Part shown: in pieces, positions 55,501 through 64,000 of the stretch
How positions within the stretch are numbered: position 1 is the stretch's first letter
Layout: every line of letters starts with the position of its first letter
Source of the DNA: the human T2T-CHM13v2.0 reference genome, Homo sapiens
Assembly: GCF_009914755.1 (NCBI RefSeq)
Contig: NC_060938.1
Strand: one strand, 5' to 3'
Length of the DNA: 64,000 nucleotides
Made by a program: the position numbers and the translations under genes
The notes under the pieces: model-generated
Told to the model about the DNA's origin: nothing
The model's database searches: none
What the model saw: only the letters and a program-made list of their open reading frames with translations

Positions 55501-56885
55501 ATGCCCTGAGTTTCCTTCTTAGCCTTGGAGAGAGGGACAAAGCTGCTCTCAGATGTCATAATTACTAGCACTGCCCCTTATGGAAGTGGGAGATGGAACC
55601 TGTGGTGAAATGCACTGTGGTCTCTGCAAGGGGAGAGGGGACTGCACTAGCTCCAAGTCCCGGGCAAGCAAAAACAATGTCCACCTCCCTATCATATCCC
55701 TGTCCTGGGATTCCTGACTCTCTGTTCAGAGAGATATTGTCGTTTATTTCCATGCTGCACCGTAGTTAATGGCTGTGGAAAATGCTTAGCCACAGCTATC
55801 TGCTGCAATGGCCTCTGGGCAGAAGTTCTTTTGTTAGCCCAGAACAGATAGCTCTGCAGCTCACCTATTCCCTGTTGCAGGAACTCTGCCGCTCCATGTA
55901 GAAAGGGGGAAGGACCGTGCCCTCTGTTCAAGCCCTGGCCCAATGGGCACACTGCCACTGTGGGTCCTGTCACCCTTAATAGACCTGGAATGGCCATCCA
56001 CAGACGCTTTTGCGCCAAGCCCCTGGGAGAGGAACCCTAGAGGGTTGGGAGGGGGAGAAGTCCCCCTCTCCATGTTTATGTGAAAGTGCTGGTACTGCCT
56101 GGCTGCTGGGACAGAACCACACTCCTCCCTTTCAGAGCCCAGAGCGATGCTCATGTCTCTGCTGGAAGGAGAACAGTCACCTTCAGCTCACATTCAGGGA
56201 GCTCTTGGTACGGGAGAACATGCATTCTGGATTTTGGTTTCCTTTGTCCCGAGGGGCATTCTCTTGGAATGCTGCACTCACTCTCTTTCCCCAAGAACTG
56301 TCTGCCTTGAGGTTCAGACTACCAGTAATTATGCAGCTCCCTTGGCTCTCGTTGGCCCTTTGTGGCCGCTGTAGTCTGAGCAGTTGTTGGTGTATATTTC
56401 CAGGGATCAAGGGATATGAATACATTAGGGCTGAGATTTCCTGGGCATGACAGTGGTCCATAATGGATGCATACTCAGTATAGTGCCTGCCACCTCAGCC
56501 TTGGTTTGGGGGGAGGGTGAGTTACCCTTTGCCAGCTGGCAGCTCAGTGCAATGCCCTCAAGAAGCTCTCAAATCGCCACCCACACCAGTGCTTGGGTTT
56601 ATGAGGGCAGAGGAGCCCTCCAGCAGTTTGGAAACCAGCAGCCTGCTGCAGGGATTTGGTGAACTAACAATAACTCCACCTACCTTTTCCATAGGACTTC
56701 AAGTTCTTCAGTGTTCCTTCTCTGCTTTCTTCTTTCTCAGCACCCCATTTTCTTCCTGTGAGTCTTCTGTTAGGCTCCAGCATTCTACTTTCAACATTTA
56801 GTTCAAGTTGTGATGTTCATCTATAACGTTGATTATTCTTTCTGAGAACTGGCCTCAGATAGGTCTAGTCATCAATCTTGAAATG
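49511..56885 (-). mobile_element. Near full-length L1PB (L1PB3/4-like), disabled
   Basis: L1PB 3'UTR (ttgttacatggatatattgc-aagtggtgaagtc); ORF2 remnant 52549-52881; ORF1 remnant 54307-54570 (SPRHIVIRLSK); GC-richer 5'UTR 55100-56880; degenerate TSD atctctttaccataattt / atctcactgccatcattt. Confidence 0.9.
50230..50635 (-). mobile_element. MSTA MaLR solo LTR nested in L1PB
   Basis: tgtattagttcattcttgcattgctataaagaaatacctgagac...acatatca; 5-bp TSD actag/actac. Confidence 0.92.
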
Positions 56886-56979
56886 ATCTCACTGCCATCA
56901 TTTTAAAAGGATTTTGTGAGGTGGAGTGTGGAGAGAGGAAATTCTCTTGAGAAGTCACACTAACTCACTTATAGTTTAC

Positions 56980-57300
56980 AACTCTTCAGAGGTTGCTCAT
57001 TACATTATGAAGATTATGTAGATACTTTAAAAGTGACTTTCTGCTTTTTAAACTAGCCTTGTACCATACTTTCCTTACACATGAAGTTCCAATCATGGTT
57101 AACTTCCTTTAGCTCTTCAAATGTCATCTATGCCTTTCTTATATTTCATCCTTTCTCATGCTGTACTTTTAATTTGAAATGATCTTCTTTTCTCCATTAA
57201 TACTCTGTCTTCATTCTTATCAAATTTTAGATGTCATTTCGTCTGAAAAGTCATTTACCATAACTATCTCAGCTGTTAGTTTCACCACCTACCTAGGGAT
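56980..57300 (+). mobile_element. L2 relic
   Basis: tttctcatgctgtact...ttagatgtcatttcgtctgaaaagtc. Confidence 0.45.
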
Positions 57301-57424
57301 ATTATAGAAAATGCCCAGTCTCTCTGTTGGTCCAATATATACTCAATAATAACTAAGAAATGTTTCGATGTTGAATATATATGTCATTATTGTAGGTTTA
57401 TTCTTGTCACATAAATCATAAAGC

Positions 57425-57605
57425 AGTGTGGATTATTGACTAGAAGCATGAAACCAGAGGCCAGATTGCTTGGGTTTGAATACCAGCTCTGCCAGTGCCT
57501 ACTCACATGCCTCTGGACATGTTATTTAAATAAATATATAAGTATCTTCATCTATAATATGGGAAAATAATATATATGATATGTTGTAAGAATTGTGTAA
57601 ATGTT
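57425..57605 (+). mobile_element. MIR relic
   Basis: ggccagattgcttgggtttgaataccagctctgcca...cttcatctataatatgggaaaataat. Confidence 0.75.
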
Positions 57606-57610
57606 GTTTT

Positions 57611-57734
57611 AATAAGTAATTATTTTGATTCACAAAATAAGTAATTATTTTGATTCACAAAATAAGTAATTATTTTGATTCACAAAATAAGTAATTATTT
57701 TGATTCACAAAATAAGTAATTATTTTGATTCACA
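57611..57734. repeat. 25-bp minisatellite, about 5 identical copies
   Basis: aataagtaattattttgattcacaa x4 plus 24 bp, no mismatches. Confidence 0.97.
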
Positions 57735-59239
57735 TTGAGTAAAACAGATCAAAACAATCCAACTTTGCAAAGGTAATTTTCCATCATCTCATAAGTAACT
57801 TCAGAAATATGAATTAACCTTACCTAATTCAAAAATCTGAAATTACAACACATATAATTAGAACAAATTACCTATACCTGAAGGATAGAAATTAATTAAG
57901 ATTAATATCAAGTGAATTAGTGTTGAGTGGCATATACTTTGTTTCCTTTCACAGTCATGAAGCTGAGGGTCATTTAGAGCTTTCTTTTTTATATCAACCT
58001 ACTGGCACTTTACAAAACATAAAAGCATAGCTATTAAAATGTAAGCTTATGATGGCAATTGCATTTCTCAGCTGCTTAAAAAGATCTGTACATTTATTTC
58101 TAATTTTCAAGAAGAAGTAAATTATAGGCAATGCTGGAATATAAATTTGAATGCATAAGAATAAAGATAGAATCATATTTCAAAAGTTATTGCTTCAATT
58201 ACTTTGAAAAATATATATTTGGTAAGTATATATTTTTATTTGCTAGAGGAAATATCAAGCCACATACACTGAAAAATAATCGAGGCAAAATGTATCAAAG
58301 GAAAATTTTTTAAAAATGAAAAAAATGAATGGCACATTCATTAGCCATTCCCTGAAATTCTGGGCACCATCTGATATTAATTTTTCCTTGACATAAATTC
58401 CAAAAACTATGAAAACAAAACCATAGACCTGCTACTCGTTAACCAATTAAAGCAAAATTAATTATATTTGAATAAGATTACTATATCTTTCCAAACTTAA
58501 AATTTAGAACCATTTGTTTTAACAATTTTTTATTTGTTTATAATTGCCTGAAATACCAACACATTTCATTGCTTATATGTTTCTAAATTTGGGAACTAGT
58601 TCTCATTTACATCTTTCTGTTCTCCTACTTTATTTTAGCAGTAAAAAGAAATGTAACATACATGATCTTCCTTGCCAGTTGCCTTGATTATGTGCTTTTA
58701 TTCTCAAAAGTTTCAACTATTACCCTTCAAATTTGCACTTGCTTCAAGGTTGTCCTTAATGTTGAGCATTTGGTTCATGTCACAAGGGGACTATATCTGT
58801 TCACAGTAAAAATAAGTATGTATTGTTATATCATGAAACTGAAGTAAGTTAAAGGGAAATAGGTCAGCTTTTTTCAGCTTTTTCTAGTCATAAACTTTAT
58901 GTCAGTAGAACAGACTGTACGTTTTAGATTTTAGATTTGAAGAAAACCTTTCAAACTCAAAATAGTTTCTTTCATTTATTATCTAAATACAACTTCTTCT
59001 TAAGTTATTGCTGTTATTATAGGATATTAATTAACCTAATAACGTGTGTTTTCTCAAAAAAATAATATTCACAGATCAAGATTTGAAATTCAAACAAATC
59101 ATCTATTTTGTAGGCATCAGATTAGCTAGAGAGGGTAGTAGTGCTAGTAGAATCAAGTTTATTTGCATTCTTCACAACTTCTACCCTAAAGCAAACAGAT
59201 CAAGTAGTTGATGAAGAAATGTTACATACTAAACAAATG

Positions 59240-60060
59240 CTTCTTTAACAAGCACATCCAAATCAACATGTTTAATACCAAACTCATGATCGTTTTCTGA
59301 AACCTATTCCTTTTTTCCCACTTTTCTCCATGTAGTATTCCTCAAGTCAGAAATCTGGAAGTCCTTTATGGCAACTGTCCATTTGTTTACCTATTCAAAC
59401 CTAATAAGAAAATAAGTCCTATTGATTCTCCAGCAAAATTAACTCCCAAATCTCTTCACTAAATCTCAAGCTTCTATTGTCAACACTGTGATAGTCAGGG
59501 ACACTACTATTTCTCACTTTGAGTAATAATGTTATAACTTTCTCCAATCTCAAATTAACTACTAGATCATTTTTCTTAAAGTTGAAAATGCTTACAATGG
59601 ACTTTATTTTATGACCTCTCTAGACTTACCTGATGCAATTTCCTTACAACAGGCATCAGATTCATGATCCTTTTTCAGTTGTTCTAAAGCTGTCTTTCCT
59701 AATATGAGATATTACACATAATGTCTTTTCTTATAATAATCTTCCCTCTCTCTTCATTTATCCTTCTCCCACATTTTATGACTTAACCATTACTCATTTA
59801 TTAGCTTAATTTTTATTTCCTCAGAAAACCTTCTTCTTACTTCTCTGATGATAAAATCACTCCTAGTTTCACAATCCTAGAGTACACTGCTTCTTCTTTA
59901 TATGTCATTTGCATAATTACATGTTTAATATTTGTCACCTCCACCTCCACTATACTCTGCATTCTATGAAGACAGAGATTAGTTCTGTGAACATAGAACT
60001 GATTTTGTTACATTTCCTTACAGATAACATAAAACCACAACCCATGAATGAATTTTTGAA
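59240..60060 (+). mobile_element. L2 relic
   Basis: caaatcaacatgtttaataccaaactcatgatc; ends near catgaatgaa. Confidence 0.6.
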
Positions 60061-60691
60061 GATAATTACATTAAATGTCAATATTAACAAAAGAGCCACA
60101 GAGATCATGAGTACTCAAATCCACAAAAAACTCATATCTTCCTTTTGATTTATTTTTAAAAGTATATTTCATGAAAACATTAGTTTTTTAAATAGAATTT
60201 ATGATGAGATGAGCAATTTCAGACAAATTGTCGACACTGTCTGGTGGTCTGTTTATCTGATTGACCTTATCTTGAATGAGGTAAATTATAAACCATATTA
60301 TCCAGGTCTATTAATGGTTGTGTTCCTCTTGATTTTTATCTTTTTTTTCTGAATTAATCTGGTTATTTTCTTAATGACTTCAAATATATCTTTGTTTATA
60401 AAATTCCCTTTCATTAAGTGGTTATATTCCTTTGTTCATTTCAAATATTATATATTTGTGTGTGTGCTTACCTTTTTATTAATTAAACTATTTGCTTTTT
60501 TTTGCTAAGTCAATATTTTTTGAACTTTCTGATTCCACACCTTTTTTTAGTAATACTTTTTTTTTAAATTTCTGCTGTAACATTTATACAACCTTTTTAT
60601 TCTTTTCTCAAATTATTTTCTTTGTCTCTTTTTAAAATGTATTTACTTGAATGCTTAGTTCATCTATATTTTGTTCATTATTAACTATGAA

Positions 60692-60919
60692 ACTATTTAG
60701 AGCTTTGGATTTATCTCTAATTGTATTACTTAATACATAAATAAACTTACTATTTAGAGCTTTGGATTTATCTCTAATTGTATCTTAATACATAATTAAC
60801 TTTTGGCTTTATTTATCTTATATTTTTAAATTATGGATTTCATTTTATTTCAGATCATACAATTATTTTAACTTGTATTATAAATCTTATAAATTTTAAC
60901 TTGTATTATAAACTTATAA
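60692..60919. repeat. Two adjacent tandem duplications (57-bp and 28-bp units)
   Basis: actatttagagctttggatttatctctaattgtat at 60692 and 60749; attttaacttgtattataaa(t)cttataa at 60865 and 60893. Confidence 0.9.
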
Positions 60920-62109
60920 ATCTGTGGTTTATATTTCTTGTGTTTATATCTGTCTTTTTTCAATTGTAGTAGTGTTATGTAGCCCATACAACTTTTCATG
61001 TTTTTTATTGTTGTTTTTGATATTGCAAAATTTCTCTTTCTGGCTTATTTCATGATCAATACTCATATGTAATAATACTCATATATTTTGAATTCTAACT
61101 TAGCTTTCAAAAATATGATCCTTAAAAGTCAAAGCTCAATCTATTAAATACTGTTAATAAAATATTTAAAGGGTTTTATTAATGTTTCCCATCAGCTTTA
61201 TCTTTGATTTCAATACTGCTGTTTGATATATTGAATATTGTGAAAGATTTATCTTTAGAGTACCTCATATTTTCATAAATACACCCTTCTATATCAGTCA
61301 GTGTTGATCAGGAAAGCAGAGCTACTATAAATTTTGAAGAATAAAGAATGAATTATAGGAGATGAAGTCCAGAAATAGCACTTGGAGAGTCAGAGAAGAG
61401 TCAGAAACTAGCACTCCTGCAGTGCTGGCTCAGGTAGATAAACCTGAGCTGCAGGGAAGCTGGGGATGCTGACTTGCCAGAGGGGAACCATAAAGGGAAG
61501 TTGATAGAGATGTGTGTGAAAGGCTGCTCCTGCTCTGTCTCCTGGTGGGCCTGTTGGTCAGCAGTGTCAGCAGTTGGAAAGAACTGGCCATGGAACAAGG
61601 GAAGCCAGGACAAGCTGCAACCTGCCAGCTCCTCTGAGTTGCCTCTTCTCTCATCTGACTGCAACAGCCTTCAGAGATTAGTAGCTGTTGCGTCATTTCT
61701 TTCTTCTACATCTCACAGAAATTTATCTTTAGGCAACCACTGTTTATACTAGAAATTCTGGGAAACATTGCTCCAGCTTACAACTTTATACAGTCTATCA
61801 CCACTCTTGTCACTCTTAAAAACTCAGTATTTATATTTCATTTTCTTAATCATCTGTTTATTTTGAATAAAGTGAGTTAGAAAGCCCATGTAGCTGTACC
61901 TTATACAATTGAAAACATGCTAACCTTCTCTCCAAAAAAGAATACAAAGAGGATATGTGTTACATTACCCGTCTTTTAATAATGTTTATTTTTTTACTAG
62001 CTGAGTCACACCATTCTTCTTTGATAGCTTGTAACTTAAATACTGAGATATAACTTAATCACTACTAACACATTTTATGAATAGGAGAATGAGTAAAGTA
62101 TAATAATTT

Positions 62110-62330
62110 TGTATGTGTAATGTTTGCTTATACATACATAGACATAAACACACATTCTATACATACCATAAATATACACTATACACATATATACATGCCA
62201 CAGATATATAATATAAACACTCAATGTATGCAATATGTAAAATATACACACAGCGTATGCTATACTTACATAGATGTATGTGTGTGTGTGTTTATGTTTG
62301 TAAGTATATACACATATCTCTATATATATG
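62110..62330. repeat. (TA/CA/TG)n low-complexity tract
   Basis: Direct reading; explains ORF 62120..62374. Confidence 0.85.
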
Positions 62331-62541
62331 CTTGGTACATGCTAGTTAGAGTAAAAAGGACTGTTACCTTATGAGTATTTCTTCCTTAAACTGAATACAC
62401 ACATAAACAAATATTAATATATTATTACATTTTATACATTTACAACTACCACTGTCCTTTTTCTCTGTAACTAGTTCATATGGCTCAAGGTAGTATTTGC
62501 CTCTTCCTTCTTACCTTATATATTCCATTTCCCTTTGCTCT

Positions 62542-62914
62542 TGTCTTAGCTCAGACTGCCTCATGAAATACCAAAGACTAGGTGACTTCAACAATATGCT
62601 TTTATATATTACAATTCTGGAGGCTAGGAAGTTCAAGATCAAGGTGCCCACAAGTTCAGTTCCCGGTGACAGCCCTCTTACTGGCTTACAGATGTCCACC
62701 TTCTCCTTGTCCTCACCTAGCAGAGAGAAAAAAATTTTTAACTTCTTTCTCTTCCACTTCTTATAAAGCCACTAATTACATCACAAGTGTCCCACCCTCA
62801 TGATCTCATCAAACTCTAATTACCTCTCCAAACCCCATCTTCAAATACTATCACTTTGGAGGTTAGGGATTCAATATATGAATTTTGTGGGGAGGCACAA
62901 TTCAGTCCATGGCA
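62542..62914 (-). mobile_element. MLT1A0-type MaLR solo LTR nested in the ERVL remnant
   Basis: tgtcttagctcagactgc...ttctggaggctaggaagttcaagatcaaggtgcc...aattcagtccatggca. Confidence 0.88.
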
Positions 62915-64000
62915 GTCCTCATCAAGCATCTCAGCTAGTCAGGGTTTCTTGCCTAGTGTGGTGACCCAGAACATTATTCTGGAACAAATTTTTATTTCTG
63001 AATTGTCTGTGACATGGCTAGTGTTGCCTGTATTGGGTTGTTAACATTTTCCATTGGTTAATCACAGGATGTAAAAGTAGTAAGAGGTTCCCAAGAGTTC
63101 CCCCCATTTCCAGAATACCTTTTATATAATTATAGTAGCAATACAATATTCGGTCACTGGCATAAGGGGCACAAAGCGACCAATGGCAATTTCATTTTTT
63201 AATTTAATAAAAACATTGTTGTGCCCCTAAGTGGAAATATTCCTCCCTTCGGAACTAAGATTATTATACTAGCAGCACTATCAGATTTGCAGTAATGAGA
63301 AGCAAAATTTTCACTAGAGGGTCATTAGGGGTAATCATGAGAGGAGCTGTTCACCTTTGCACAACATGACTCCTGGACTTAATGCTAGTTGTGGTGCATT
63401 AACCTTATATTCGCTATGGGTTCACCATATATTGGTCCCTTTCTCAGAACATATATCTGGACCTCTCACATACTGTAAAGCATTGCCCCAGTCCCACAAT
63501 GTGTTATCACTCCGATAATACCATTACCGATTTTTCAAAATGCCGTTCTACTTTTCTCTTGTGTGAGCTGTTTCAGGATAATGGTAAATATAATACCAGT
63601 AAATTCCTAGTTTGTGAGCCCATTGTCATACATTCTTTTCTTTTATGTAAGATGTTAGTTTTAACAGAAACATTGTGGGAAGGGAAGTCAAATCTGCATC
63701 CATAATAAATATATATATCTGGAGAACAACATGCGGCCTTTTCTGTTTTAGATGTGGTCCAATGGTCCTATATATTCAACCTGTGACCAGGTAGCTGGCT
63801 CCTCCCTATCAGGGAATCATGCCATATTAGGGGTTCAGTATTAATCTCTGCAGTTGGCAGTTTACCCATTCAGTAATTTCTCTAGACAGATAAGCCTTGA
63901 TAAGTAGAAATTTATCCTGATAAGCTCAATCACAACTGGATTACAACCATTATGACAATGTTTTTACGAGCCCATTGATAAGAACAGAAGTAGCCACAGA

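Larger units (their letters stand above)
61289..64000 (-). mobile_element. Old ERVL-class LTR (about 61289-61803; LTR41/50/52-like) with adjoining ERVL internal/pol remnant
   Basis: LTR-type ends (tatatcagtcagtg...; gaaattctgggaaacattgctccagctta); ERVL-like internal motifs at 61900-62050 and 62915-64000. Confidence 0.55.

Noticed and set aside
55389-56801. Dense overlapping ORFs up to 146 aa
   Set aside because: GC-richer L1PB 5'UTR has few stops; no recognisable protein.
57611-57734. CRISPR array
   Set aside because: Head-to-tail repeats without spacers.
61401-61752. Three overlapping ORFs
   Set aside because: Lie within an old LTR; no recognisable homology.

Overview
AT-rich, gene-poor primate genomic DNA. 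AluY and L1PA2-type copies point to human or another great ape. It looks intronic or intergenic and is dominated by nested interspersed repeats: a complete MST MaLR provirus, solo LTRs (MER11, LTR8-like, MER31, MER34/39-like, MLT1A, MSTA), an ERVL-type LTR plus internal remnant, a near full-length L1PB, older L1M copies, short young L1PA 3' ends (two with twin-priming inversions), six Alus, MER1A and MER94 DNA transposons, L2/MIR relics and simple repeats. I can support no intact protein-coding exon, RNA gene or CRISPR array; the recognisable entries of the ORF track are repeat-derived and the rest show no homology I can identify. The most interesting signal is largely missed by the ORF track. 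At about 4740-6946 (+), interrupted by an AluY, is a decayed reading frame with the layout of a viral class I fusion/envelope glycoprotein: signal-like hydrophobic N-terminus, stop-depleted ectodomain with heptad-like stretch and N-glycosylation sequons, Cys-rich part, Trp-rich membrane-proximal region, and transmembrane anchor with basic stop-transfer. It is a candidate ancient endogenous viral env fossil. A second cluster at 36.9-39.4 kb holds a 43-bp inverted repeat pair 1.8 kb apart, an 83-nt near-perfect hairpin and a composite GGAA/49-bp tandem array. All repeat names come from recognition by eye; subfamily labels and the borders of old repeats are approximate.
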